Assembly (NCBI GenBank): GCA_035651035.1
Contig: DASRGM010000056.1
Location: 2,877 to 66,876 of the forward strand
Direction: 5' to 3'
Origin: Terriglobales bacterium
Lineage (GTDB): Bacteria; Acidobacteriota; Terriglobia; Terriglobales; Acidobacteriaceae
Length of the DNA stretch: 64,000 bases
Positions 50,101 to 58,027 of the stretch are shown one piece after another (the stretch's first letter is position 1; each line of letters begins with the position of its first letter). The notes beneath the pieces are model-generated. The model was not told where the DNA came from, made no database searches, and saw only the letters and a list, made by a program, of their open reading frames with translations. Both the position numbers and the translations under genes were made by a program.

Positions 50101-50924
50101 TCGAATCGATTGCCGACCTGGCGTATCGCGTTCCCCAACTCCGCCGCGATGAATTCGTGCTGCTGGCTTCGATCGGAGCGCTGAATTCGATTGGCTGCGT
50201 CGAGGGAGTCTCAGAACAAGGTAGAGCAGGCCTTCAGGCCCGCGTCCCGCAACGCCGTACGAAATCAGTTCAGGCGCTGAAGTCATCGGCCTCATCGCAT
50301 GAACTCCAGAATGTTATGTCTGGAGACGCGGGCCTGAAAGCCGGCCATGAGCTTGTCGAAGGGCCCCGCTCTACCCTCCATCGCCGCGATGCCCTATGGC
50401 AGGTGGAGCGTGCGGCGCGCTTCGCCGGGCCGCTGCTGGAGAGCATCCCCGAAAGCGACAGCGCATCGCCGCTGGCGCGCATGAGCGACGAAGAGCGTCT
50501 GGTCGCGGATTTTCATGGCACCGGGCTCACCGTCGGCCCACATCCAATGTCGTATCGCCGCGCGCAATTGCGGCGCGCGCGCGTTCTTTCGGCCGAGGAT
50601 TTGAAGCAGGCGATACATGGCCGGCGCGTGCGCACTGCCGGCTGCGTAATCGCCCGCCAGCGTCCGGGCACGGCCAAGGGCTTCGTCTTCCTCAGTCTGG
50701 AGGACGAGACCGGCATCAGCAATGCCATCATCACGCCCGATATCCTCGAGCAGAACCGGGTCCTGATTACGACGGAGAAATTTCTGCTGCTGGAGGGCGT
50801 GCTGCAGAAGCAGGAAGGCGTGATTTCGGTGAAGGTGGATCGCGTGCGGCCCATGCGCAAGGCCTACGCCGCCGATAATATCGACATCACCGACGCCGAC
50901 GTGCGCTCGCACGATTTTCATTAA
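47133..50924 (+). CDS. dnaE2: error-prone DNA polymerase DnaE2 (ImuC)
   Basis: 1263-aa ORF with a TTG start. N-terminal PHP domain (YIELHARSAFSFLEGAS), DnaE alpha core, and a C-terminal OB fold (GFVFLSLEDETG). It is the third gene after imuA-imuB. It contains two repeat-derived inserts (see findings). Confidence 0.92.
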   Translation: MYIELHARSAFSFLEGASVPEEFAEVCSQHEMPAMALLDRDGVYGAPRFYLAAQKLKLKAHIGAEITSLFPGGDLANPAELPRLSLLCASREGYQNLCRLITRTKLRAPKYPASLPRRKTKLHNDIPQCEAEELVQYQSTATLADLAEYSPGLICLTGGDEGPLAHALERGGLSEARAQLERLVSLYGGENVYVELQRHYNRAQEARNQAAIELARSLQLPLLATQGAQYARPQERQILDVFTCIRNHRTLDTAGRLLARNSERHLKTPQQMMQLFAGLPEASANTLELSSRLEFTLHDLGYEFPRYPVSDGETMDSFLRARTLEGARNRYLRPGQGELWQRARRQIERELMLIEKLKLAGYFLIVWDIVRHCREHGILVQGRGSAANSAVCYSLGITAVDPVGMDLLFERFLSEERGEWPDIDLDLPSGDQRERAIQYVYERYGKLGAAMTANVITYRGRSAAREVGKALSFDGETLDRLAGLVSSWEYKDPGDTLERQFRDAGFDLRHPRIRKFFELCLAVQDLPRHLGQHSGGMVICQGQLDSIVPLEPATMPGRVVVQWDKEDCADMGIVKVDLLGLGMMAVLEDSITLIRNHCREEVDLAKLPADDPTVYDTLQKADTVGMFQIESRAQMSCLPRLRPTHFYDIVVQVAIIRPGPIVGQMVNPYLMRRQGRQAVVYPHPSLEPVLERTLGVPLFQEQLLRVAMITAGFSGGEAEELRRAFGFKRSEKRMRDIEVKLREGMTRNGIPPAAQQEIIQSITSFALYGFPESHAASFALIAYASAYLKCHYLAAFTAALLNNQPMGFYSPATIVKDAQRHGLRVKPVDITRSEWLCTLEGEKDLAMWNGAERREVDRNRADRNGAESNRAERNCAEADGFEGARLQPFRKLPGMGSASAAEETRSSYQPEAPRRLKPVSSDDRYGTAKAVPFQNDEEASGAPFDKLRASSEGAPLQSRRFALRMGLRYAKGLREETARAILREREKRPFESIADLAYRVPQLRRDEFVLLASIGALNSIGCVEGVSEQGRAGLQARVPQRRTKSVQALKSSASSHELQNVMSGDAGLKAGHELVEGPRSTLHRRDALWQVERAARFAGPLLESIPESDSASPLARMSDEERLVADFHGTGLTVGPHPMSYRRAQLRRARVLSAEDLKQAIHGRRVRTAGCVIARQRPGTAKGFVFLSLEDETGISNAIITPDILEQNRVLITTEKFLLLEGVLQKQEGVISVKVDRVRPMRKAYAADNIDITDADVRSHDFH
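49686..49760 (+). repeat. 15-bp tandem repeat, about 5 units, in frame within dnaE2
   Basis: Units are GAGAGAAGGGAAGTA, GACAGAAATCGCGCA, GACAGAAACGGCGCC, GAGAGCAATCGAGCC and GAGAGAAATTGCGCC. They encode ([DE]-R/S-N-x-A)n. Confidence 0.8.
49781..49800 (+). repeat. GGCACGGC-TTCA-GCCGTTCC hairpin inside dnaE2
   Basis: Same family as the intergenic copies at 24969 and 47072. Confidence 0.8.
49908..49927 (+). repeat. GGCACCGC-TAAA-GCCGTGCC hairpin inside dnaE2
   Basis: Variant of the same hairpin family. Confidence 0.7.
50220..50246 (+). repeat. REP-like element, copy 2 (inside dnaE2)
   Basis: GGTAGAGCAGGCCTTCAGGCCCGCGTC. It is 25/27 identical to the copy at 57938-57964. Confidence 0.85.
50325..50375 (-). 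repeat. inverted, extended REP-like copy (partner of 50220-50246) inside dnaE2
   Basis: The reverse complement reads GGTAGAGCGGGGCCCTTCGACAAGCTCATGGCCGGCTTTCAGGCCCGCGTC. Confidence 0.75.
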
Positions 50925-50973
50925 CGAAATTGCATCCGGGCTGCGACAACAGTTCTCCTCGCCTGAAACAGTC

Positions 50974-50995
50974 GATATAATAAATCTGTTATATT
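50974..50995 (+). promoter_or_regulatory. candidate toxin-antitoxin promoter and operator
   Basis: AT-rich stretch containing TATAAT (50976-50981), an extended -10 TGtTATATT (50987-50995), and the inverted repeat GATATAA-N8-TTATATT. Confidence 0.4.
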
Positions 50996-51021
50996 CATTT
51001 TGATATCTGCTACTCTGAGGA

Positions 51022-51405
51022 GTGGACGAAGTCGATACACACCCTCTGGCGGAGATTCGCTGGGAAGGAGACTCCCGCGAGATTCTGGCAAGCTTTCCGG
51101 AAGAGGTTCGAGGCAGCTTGGGTTTTGCTCTTTACGAGCTTCAGCTTGGCAGGCCGCCGTCAATTTCGACGCGCCGCATGGAATCGATTGGGGCAGGCGT
51201 CTACGAGTTGAAGGAAAGCGACGCAAAGAGCTGGTACCGAGTCGTATACCTCTCGAAGATTAACGATCTGATCTACGTACTGCACTGCTTTGAAAAGCAG
51301 CATCGCAAGACCACTCGGCGGGACCTTGACGTTGCCAGGGAGAGGCTGTCACGTGTCCGGCAGCGAATACAGGAGTATAAAAAACATGCGAGGGGCAGAA
51401 AATAA
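51022..51405 (+). CDS. type II toxin, RelE/ParE superfamily (HigB / phage Gp49-like)
   Basis: 127-aa ORF (GTG start). W.G.S...L..FP..VR...G..L..LQ.G, G.GVYEL, YRVVY and VYVLHCFEKQHRKT are typical of Gp49/HigB-like toxins. Confidence 0.8.
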   Translation: MDEVDTHPLAEIRWEGDSREILASFPEEVRGSLGFALYELQLGRPPSISTRRMESIGAGVYELKESDAKSWYRVVYLSKINDLIYVLHCFEKQHRKTTRRDLDVARERLSRVRQRIQEYKKHARGRK

Positions 51406-51709
51406 GCCGGCCCATATTACTCGAGGCAATGTCTTCCTCGATCTGGGATTCCCGCCGGAGAAAGCTCTGGCCCTGAAGTTCAAGGCCAGGATTCTCATCG
51501 CCATACTCGATGAGGTGAAGCGCCGCAAGTACCGCCAGGCTCAACTCGTCAAGGTTCTTGTCGAGCACCAACCGGTTGTCAGCAATCTGCTGCGCGGCAA
51601 AGTCACTCAGATGAGTATTGAGAAGCTGCTGATTTATGCGGACCGCCTGGGACTACCCCTTGACGTTCAAAGGCCGCGAATTCACTCGCGCCGTCGCCAG
51701 GCTGCCTAG
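51386..51709 (+). CDS. XRE-family HTH antitoxin (HigA-like)
   Basis: Start at MRGAENK, overlapping the toxin gene by 20 nt. 107 aa. NVFLDLGF at the N-terminus and HTH (QAQLVKVLVEHQPVVSNLLRGK) are typical of partners of Gp49-type toxins. Confidence 0.8.
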   Translation: MRGAENKPAHITRGNVFLDLGFPPEKALALKFKARILIAILDEVKRRKYRQAQLVKVLVEHQPVVSNLLRGKVTQMSIEKLLIYADRLGLPLDVQRPRIHSRRRQAA

Positions 51710-51765
51710 CGACGTCAGCCGGACCGAGATCGTCACAGAACAACAATTTCGCTCGGGAGATGTCG

Positions 51766-52665
51766 TCAGGTCGCGGACTGCTTCTTCTCGGTCTCCCGCC
51801 CCGGCTCCTGCCCGGGATACTCATACACTCCGCGCCCCGACTTGCGCCCCAACCGCCCGGCCTTCACGTACTGCACCAGCAGCGGCGCGGGACGGAATTT
51901 CTCGCCCAGCGTCTTGTGCAGGTATTCGAGGATGTGCAGCCGCGTGTCGAGCCCAACCAGGTCGATCATCTCGAACGGCCCCATGGGATGGTTCAGCCCC
52001 AGCTTCAGCGCTTTGTCGATGTCCTGCGCCGATGCGATGCCCTCCTGCAGCATGTAAAACGCCTCGTTGCCGATCATGGCGTTGATTCGGCTGGTGATGA
52101 ACCCGGGCGATTCTTTGATCGCGACCACTTCCTTGCCCATGCACCTGCCGACTTCCACCGCCGCGGCCAGCGTATCCTCGCTAGTCTCCAGCCCGCGCAC
52201 AACCTCCAGCAGCTTCATCTTGTGCACGGGATTGAAGAAGTGCATGCCCACGCATTTCGGCGCGCGATACGTCACCGACGCAATCTCGGTGTTGCTCAGC
52301 GACGAGGTATTCGAGGCCAGAATCGTTGTCGGCCGGCAGACTTTGTCGAGCAGCGTGAAGATCTCGATCTTCGATTCCATCTCTTCGGGCACAGCCTCGA
52401 TCACCAGGTCGGCTTCGCGCGCCGCCTGCTCCACCGACGATGCGTACTCCAGCCGGCCAAAGGCGCTGTCGGCCTCCGGCTTCGTAACTTTGCCCAGCTC
52501 GACCGCCTTGTCGAGGTTGGAGCGGATTTCCGTCTCGGCCTTGCGCAACGCGGTGGGCAGAATGTCTTCCAGGATGGTGCGATAGCCGCCGAGCGCAGCC
52601 GCGTGCGCAATGCCGCGGCCCATAATGCCGGCGCCTATCACGGCGATAGTGCGGACTTCGGCCAT
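51766..52665 (-). CDS. hbd: 3-hydroxybutyryl-CoA / 3-hydroxyacyl-CoA dehydrogenase
   Basis: 299-aa ORF. IAVIGAGIMGRGIA Rossmann fold, SNTSSL, HFFNPV, and the 3HCDH C-terminal domain. Confidence 0.9.
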   Translation of the reverse strand: MAEVRTIAVIGAGIMGRGIAHAAALGGYRTILEDILPTALRKAETEIRSNLDKAVELGKVTKPEADSAFGRLEYASSVEQAAREADLVIEAVPEEMESKIEIFTLLDKVCRPTTILASNTSSLSNTEIASVTYRAPKCVGMHFFNPVHKMKLLEVVRGLETSEDTLAAAVEVGRCMGKEVVAIKESPGFITSRINAMIGNEAFYMLQEGIASAQDIDKALKLGLNHPMGPFEMIDLVGLDTRLHILEYLHKTLGEKFRPAPLLVQYVKAGRLGRKSGRGVYEYPGQEPGRETEKKQSAT

Positions 52666-52669
52666 CCGG

Positions 52670-52855
52670 CTACGCTCCCTTTTCCAGTTGCTCGACCACG
52701 CCGATGAAGTTCGGGTCCGACTTGCGCATGTACTCGGCCAGGCGGCGCTTCTCGTCGGGCGTAATCAGGTAGAGGCTGGCATTAATGCGCCGCAGGGTGG
52801 CGGCAATGTCGTCGACATAATTCATCATACGGATCAGTTCACCGGTGGCGGTCAT
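52670..52855 (-). CDS. small hypothetical protein (61 aa) upstream of hbd
   Basis: The ORF ends 4 nt before the hbd start. AGGA lies 5 nt upstream of its ATG. GC3 is coding-like. Confidence 0.5.
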   Translation of the reverse strand: MTATGELIRMMNYVDDIAATLRRINASLYLITPDEKRRLAEYMRKSDPNFIGVVEQLEKGA

Positions 52856-53144
52856 AAGGTCCTTTCACACGACGTAAGAATGCATTGAGCCTCTCCAGCC
52901 AAGCGAGCGGCCAATCCACTATTCTCTTCGTCGCTTGCGCTTTAGTAAAGCGCCGAGCGGCGCGTTGGGTCCGCTTCAAATTCGTTTCATCATCACGGCG
53001 AAGGGGAGTGCTCCACCCGCTTCAACAAACAGAAAACCAGAAGTGTTTGGCGGCATCCCCGGCCCGGGCAGCGGGGCCTGGCTCCGGCGCATCTAACTAC
53101 TCCGATTCGGTCCTACGCCGTAGTGTCTGTAAACCGGTCCGGCA

Positions 53145-56100
53145 ATGAGAACAGCCTCCAGCACCCTCATCGACGAAGCTACGGAGCTGTGCGCCTGCAT
53201 GGAAGAGCTGGCGCGCACCAAGCGCGACCGCATTCCGCTGTCGACCTACCGGCTGCAGTTCAATCGCGATTTCCGCTTTGAAGATGCGCGCCATCTAATC
53301 CCTTACCTCGCGCAACTCGGCATCACTCACTGTTACGCCTCGCCTATCCTGAAGGCCCGCGCCGGCAGCCCTCACGGTTACGACATCATCGACCACACGC
53401 AACTGAATCCCGAGATCGGCACAGAATTCGAGTTTCGCGAATTCGTCGGCGAGCTGAAGCGTCATGGCATGGGGCTGCTGCTTGATATCGTCCCCAACCA
53501 CATGGGAGTGGGACACGGTGACAATCCCTGGTGGCAGGACGTGCTGCAGAACGGCCGCGCTTCGGTCTACGCCGATTTTTTCGACATCGATTGGGAGCCG
53601 CTGAAGCCGGAGCTGTGGAACAAAGTGCTTATACCCGTCCTCGGCGATCCCTACGGCGAGGACCTCGAAGCCGGCAACATTAAACTGACCTGCGAGGACG
53701 GGCATTTCTGCGTGAATTATTTCGACAAGGTCCTTCCCGTCGACCCGCAGACTTTGCCTCTGATCTTCACGCCCTACAACCACGCCGGCCCTGTCGCGCA
53801 ACGCGGCGGCATACCGCCAGAGCTCGATTCGCTGCTGGCTGCCTTTGGGCGCTTGCCTGTAAACTGCAGCACCGATCCTGGAGAGGTACGCCGGCGCCAG
53901 CAGGAGATGCCGCGGCTGATCGAGCAGCTCGAGCGCCTGTATCGCACCTCGCAACCGGTGCGCGACAGCATCGCTGAACATCTTCGCCGCATGAACGGCA
54001 CGCCGGGCAACGCCGCCAGCTTCGATGCGCTGCACGAGCTGCTGGAGCGCCAGGCTTACCGGCTTGCCTTCTGGCGCGTCTCCGGAGAGGAAATCAATTA
54101 CCGGCGCTTCTTCGACATCAACGACCTGGTCGGACTTCGGATGGACAACCCGCGCGTCTTCGCCGAGACGCACAAGCTGATTCGCCGCCTGCTGGCCGAC
54201 GACCTGATCTCCGGCCTGCGCGTGGACCATCCCGATGGGCTGCTCAATCCGGCGGAGTATTTCATGCGGCTGCAGCGGCTCTATGCGGCCAGCCGCTGCC
54301 TGGGCGCAGAGCCCGCGTCCGCCACCGCGGGCGACGGAATCGAGCTCGAAATCCATAGCGCCTTCGCCGAGCGCCCGCCAGGGCAACAGCAAGCGCCGCT
54401 GTATCTGCTGATCGAGAAGATCCTGGAGCGCGGCGAGCATTTGCCTGCGCAGTGGCCGGCCGATGGCACGGTGGGATACGACTTCGCCAACCTGGTCAAT
54501 GGAGTGCTCATCGACGGGCGCCACGAGCGGTTCTTCACCAAGCTCTACCAGCGCGTGATCGAAGGCGCAACCCGCGTGGACCGCCTGATCTACGAGAGCA
54601 AGAAGCTGGTGATGCGGCGCGCGCTGGCCAGCGAAGTGAATGTGCTCACGCACATGTTGAACGAGATCTCCAATGGCGACCGCCGCGCGCGCGATTACAC
54701 TCGCGGCGTGCTGCGCGAGGCCATACGCGAAACTATCGCCTGCTTTCCCGTCTACCGCACCTACATCGACGAGCGCGGGAACGTCAGCGAAATGGATCGC
54801 GAGTACATTCAGCAGGCCACCGACTGCGCCAAGCGCTACAACGGCACCATCGCCCCGGCAGCCTTCGATTTCCTGCGGCGCATCCTGCTGGATGGCGGCA
54901 ACGGCGATGGCGCCATTTACGGATATCACCGGCGGCTGTACTTCACTTTGAAGTTCCAGCAGCTAACCGGACCGGTAATGGCCAAGGGGCTGGAGGACAC
55001 GGCCTGCTACATCTACGCGCGCTTCCTCTCGTGCAACGAAGTGGGAGGGACGCCGGCGGAATTCAGCTTGCCCGTGGCGGAGTTCCATCGCGGCAACCAG
55101 AAGCGGGCGGAGCACTGGCCGGCATCGATGCTGGCAACTTCCACCCACGATACCAAGCGCAGCGAAGATGTCCGGGCGCGGCTCGACGTCTTATCCGAGA
55201 TGCCCAACCTCTGGGCGGCGCAAGTGATGAAGTGGCGGCGCATCAACCGCAGCCGCAAACCTGAGCTGCCCGACGGCCGCGTTGTCCCCGACAATAACGA
55301 GGAATATTTCCTCTATCAGACGCTGGTGGGCGCATGGCCTCTAAACGTGCGAGGCGACGAAGAGCGCCAGGACTTCGTGCGCCGCATTCAGCAATACATG
55401 CAAAAGGCCCTCCACGAAGCCAAAGTCAACCTGAGCTGGCTCAATCCCAATAGCGAGTACGTTGCCGGCGTCGACCAGTTCATCGACAGAATTTTGTCGC
55501 CGCGCTACCGGGGCAAACCCAATTTGTTCTGGGACTCGCTGCAGAAATTTCTGCCGCCCGTTATGTTCTTCGGCGCCATCAATTCACTCACCCAGACGCT
55601 GCTGAAGCTGACCTGTCCGGGCGTGCCCGATGTCTACCAGGGACAGGAGATGTGGGACTTCAGCCTGGTGGATCCCGATAACCGGCGACCCGTCGACTTC
55701 GAGGTGCGCCAGAAGACCTTGGATGAGATTTGCGCGCTGGCGCGAGCGCAAGACCTCCGTACCGTCTGCCACGAACTGCTCCAGGATTACCGCGACGGCC
55801 GGCTGAAGTTATGGACCACCGCGCTCACGCTGCGCTTCCGCGGGCAAAATCGTGACCTGTTCCAGCTGGGAAGCTACGTGCCGCTGCATGTCGGCCGCAG
55901 TCGGGAAGAGCACGTGATCGCCTTCGCGCGCCTGCACCAGGAACAACTGGCGATCGTGGCCGCCCCGCGCCTGAGTTACACGCTGATGAAGGGGAAGGAA
56001 GAGCCGCCCTTGGGAGCGGCATGGGGCGATGCGGAACTCGTTCTGCCTCCCGAGGCGGCAGGCCGCCACTTGCGCAATGTTTTCACCGGTGAGAGATTTG

Positions 56101-56171
56101 CCGCCGGCCACTCGCTGTTATGCCGCGAAGTCTTCGCGACTTTCCCCATCGCTTTGCTGGCTCCGGAATGA
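53145..56171 (+). CDS. treY: malto-oligosyltrehalose synthase
   Basis: 1008-aa ORF. STYRLQFNRDFRF, LGITHCYASPILKARAGSPHGYD, and VDHPDGL catalytic region. Confidence 0.9.
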   Translation: MRTASSTLIDEATELCACMEELARTKRDRIPLSTYRLQFNRDFRFEDARHLIPYLAQLGITHCYASPILKARAGSPHGYDIIDHTQLNPEIGTEFEFREFVGELKRHGMGLLLDIVPNHMGVGHGDNPWWQDVLQNGRASVYADFFDIDWEPLKPELWNKVLIPVLGDPYGEDLEAGNIKLTCEDGHFCVNYFDKVLPVDPQTLPLIFTPYNHAGPVAQRGGIPPELDSLLAAFGRLPVNCSTDPGEVRRRQQEMPRLIEQLERLYRTSQPVRDSIAEHLRRMNGTPGNAASFDALHELLERQAYRLAFWRVSGEEINYRRFFDINDLVGLRMDNPRVFAETHKLIRRLLADDLISGLRVDHPDGLLNPAEYFMRLQRLYAASRCLGAEPASATAGDGIELEIHSAFAERPPGQQQAPLYLLIEKILERGEHLPAQWPADGTVGYDFANLVNGVLIDGRHERFFTKLYQRVIEGATRVDRLIYESKKLVMRRALASEVNVLTHMLNEISNGDRRARDYTRGVLREAIRETIACFPVYRTYIDERGNVSEMDREYIQQATDCAKRYNGTIAPAAFDFLRRILLDGGNGDGAIYGYHRRLYFTLKFQQLTGPVMAKGLEDTACYIYARFLSCNEVGGTPAEFSLPVAEFHRGNQKRAEHWPASMLATSTHDTKRSEDVRARLDVLSEMPNLWAAQVMKWRRINRSRKPELPDGRVVPDNNEEYFLYQTLVGAWPLNVRGDEERQDFVRRIQQYMQKALHEAKVNLSWLNPNSEYVAGVDQFIDRILSPRYRGKPNLFWDSLQKFLPPVMFFGAINSLTQTLLKLTCPGVPDVYQGQEMWDFSLVDPDNRRPVDFEVRQKTLDEICALARAQDLRTVCHELLQDYRDGRLKLWTTALTLRFRGQNRDLFQLGSYVPLHVGRSREEHVIAFARLHQEQLAIVAAPRLSYTLMKGKEEPPLGAAWGDAELVLPPEAAGRHLRNVFTGERFAAGHSLLCREVFATFPIALLAPE

Positions 56172-57680
56172 GGCTTGCTGTTCGCAGCTCTCGCGATCGG
56201 TGATTTCGACCAGGTGCGCCAGCTTCGCCGCCAGTTCGTCGGTGAGGACGTCGCGTTCCAGCCGCCACTTCCAGCTCCCGTCCGCCTCACTGGGAACATT
56301 CATCCTGGCTTCGCTGCCCAGGCCAAGCACATCCTGCATCGGTACCACGCACAATCTCGCTACCGAGGTCAGGATGGCGCGAATAAATGCCCAGTTGATC
56401 TCGTCATCGCCATCGCCGATGCCCAGGTAGGCGCCCGCATGCTGGCGCTCTTCCTCGCTGGCCGTTCGCCACCAGCCCAGCACCGTGTCATTGTCGTGCG
56501 TCCCGGTGTAGGCCACGCAGTTGGGCTTGTAGTTGTGCGGCAGGTAGATGTGCGCTCCCTTATTGCCGAAGCCGAACTGCAGGACTTTCATGCCCGGAAT
56601 CTTCAGCGCATCGCGCAGCTTATGCACCTCGGGGGTGATGTAGCCAAGGTCTTCGGCGATGAAGGGCAGCTTGCCCAGCGACTCCTGCAATGACTGGAAG
56701 AAGGTCTGGTTCGGGCCCAGCACCCAGCGCCCGTTCACTGCGGTGGGCTCGTCCGCCGGGATCTCCCAATAGGCCTCGAAGCCGCGGAAGTGGTCGATGC
56801 GGATGATGTCGCACGAGGCCAGCGCCCAGCGCAGCCGTTCCACCCACCAGCGATACCCGATCGAGTGCAGCGCCTCCCATTCGTACAGAGGATTTCCCCA
56901 GCGCTGCCCGGTCTCGCTGAACGCGTCCGGCGGGACGCCCGCGACCACCTCGGGCGTCAGGTCTTCTTTCAGGCGAAACAGTCCGGGATACGTCCACACG
57001 TCGGAGCTGTCGTAGCTGACGAAGATGGAGACGTCGCCGATGATGCGGATGCCCCGCTCGCTGCAGTAGGCGCGCAGCGCGCTCCATTGCTCGAAGAATG
57101 CGAATTGCAGGAATCGTTCGTGGTCGAGCTCGGGACGCAGCTGGGTGTGCAGCTTCTTCACTGCCTCTGGATCGCGCCGCGAAAAGTCCGGGGGCCAGGT
57201 GTTCCACGGCTGCTCGCCGAGATGCTCGCGCAGCACGCTGAACATCACGTAGTCGTCGAGCCAGGCGGAATTCTGCCGGCAGAACTCTTCGTAACGGGCG
57301 CGCGCGCTGCTGGCGGCGTTGCGCATGAATCGCGCGGCGGCCTTCTTCAGCAGCGGCATCTTGTAGGCGCGAACTGCCTCGTAATCGACGGGCGACTTGC
57401 CGTCCCAGCCGTCATGCAAGCGCGCCGCGTCTACCAGGCCGCGTTCTGCCAGGCGCTCCAGGCTGATCAGCAATACATTGCCGGCAAAAGCCGAGGTGCA
57501 GGAGTAGGGCGAGTTGCCGCAGCCCACTGGCTGCAAGGGCAGGATCTGCCACAATGTCTGACCCGCAGCGGCCAGCCAGTCGGCAAACTCATACGCCGCC
57601 GGCCCCAGGTCGCCAATGCCTCCGCGCGAGGGCAGCGAGCTGGGGTGCAGCAGGATTCCGGAGGCGCGCTCAGAAAGCAT
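56118..57680 (-). CDS. malQ: 4-alpha-glucanotransferase, second paralogue
   Basis: Start moved to MLSERASGILLHPSSLPS. GH77 motifs match those of the first copy. The C-terminal ~25 aa extend into the 3' end of treY, giving a 54-nt convergent overlap. Confidence 0.88.
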   Translation of the reverse strand: MLSERASGILLHPSSLPSRGGIGDLGPAAYEFADWLAAAGQTLWQILPLQPVGCGNSPYSCTSAFAGNVLLISLERLAERGLVDAARLHDGWDGKSPVDYEAVRAYKMPLLKKAAARFMRNAASSARARYEEFCRQNSAWLDDYVMFSVLREHLGEQPWNTWPPDFSRRDPEAVKKLHTQLRPELDHERFLQFAFFEQWSALRAYCSERGIRIIGDVSIFVSYDSSDVWTYPGLFRLKEDLTPEVVAGVPPDAFSETGQRWGNPLYEWEALHSIGYRWWVERLRWALASCDIIRIDHFRGFEAYWEIPADEPTAVNGRWVLGPNQTFFQSLQESLGKLPFIAEDLGYITPEVHKLRDALKIPGMKVLQFGFGNKGAHIYLPHNYKPNCVAYTGTHDNDTVLGWWRTASEEERQHAGAYLGIGDGDDEINWAFIRAILTSVARLCVVPMQDVLGLGSEARMNVPSEADGSWKWRLERDVLTDELAAKLAHLVEITDRESCEQQASFRSQQSDGESREDFAA

Positions 57681-57937
57681 AGGGGGATCGGATGCGTGCG
57701 TGCTGCAAGCTCGCATACATACTAGCGTAAGAAGGGTGGTAGTGCCGGGACGCCCCACCAGCTGTCATCCTGAGCGGAGCGACCGCGCAACTGCCCTGAC
57801 AAACGCGGCTTCTTCGCGTTTGGTGGCGCAGTTGTCCCGGTCGCGGAGTCGAAGGGCCCTACATCGCAGCGTCGTTTGCGGCGCACTCATCCGCGGGCTT
57901 CGGGGTGAGTGGGTGGCTCACCTGGAACGCTGGTGCG

Positions 57938-57964
57938 GGTAGAGTGGGCCTTCAGGCCCGCGTC
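57938..57964 (+). repeat. REP-like element, copy 3
   Basis: GGTAGAGTGGGCCTTCAGGCCCGCGTC. Confidence 0.85.
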
Positions 57965-57996
57965 TATGCCCTCGTCGATTGTTTACCATCGGGTGC

Positions 57997-58027
57997 CCCA
58001 TCCTTCCCACTTCAGCGGGAGGATGGG
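57997..58027 (+). repeat. imperfect TTCA-loop hairpin
   Basis: CCCATCCTTCCCAC-TTCA-GCGGGAGGATGGG. Confidence 0.7.

Noticed and set aside
49655-50385. Intein or intron interrupting dnaE2.
   Set aside because: There are no intein splice-junction or block motifs, no homing-endonuclease-like sequence, and no intron-like structure. The inserts are composed of the same short REP-like hairpins seen in intergenic DNA.
53295-54929. 544-aa ORF antisense to treY. Similar long antisense ORFs lie at 23087-24400 (rimO), 25718-26908 (NHL protein), 26957-27778 (cinA), 29563-30774 (gpsA), 39963-41312 (sulP), 7516-8577 (permease), 42936-43751 (rpsA), 60517-61479 (radical SAM), and 58321-59067 / 59482-60360 (ppiD).
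   Set aside because: Each lies opposite a gene with clear family motifs. The translations are Arg/Gly/Ala/Pro-rich low-complexity text with no recognisable domains. High GC3 in the sense frame suppresses stop codons on the opposite strand.
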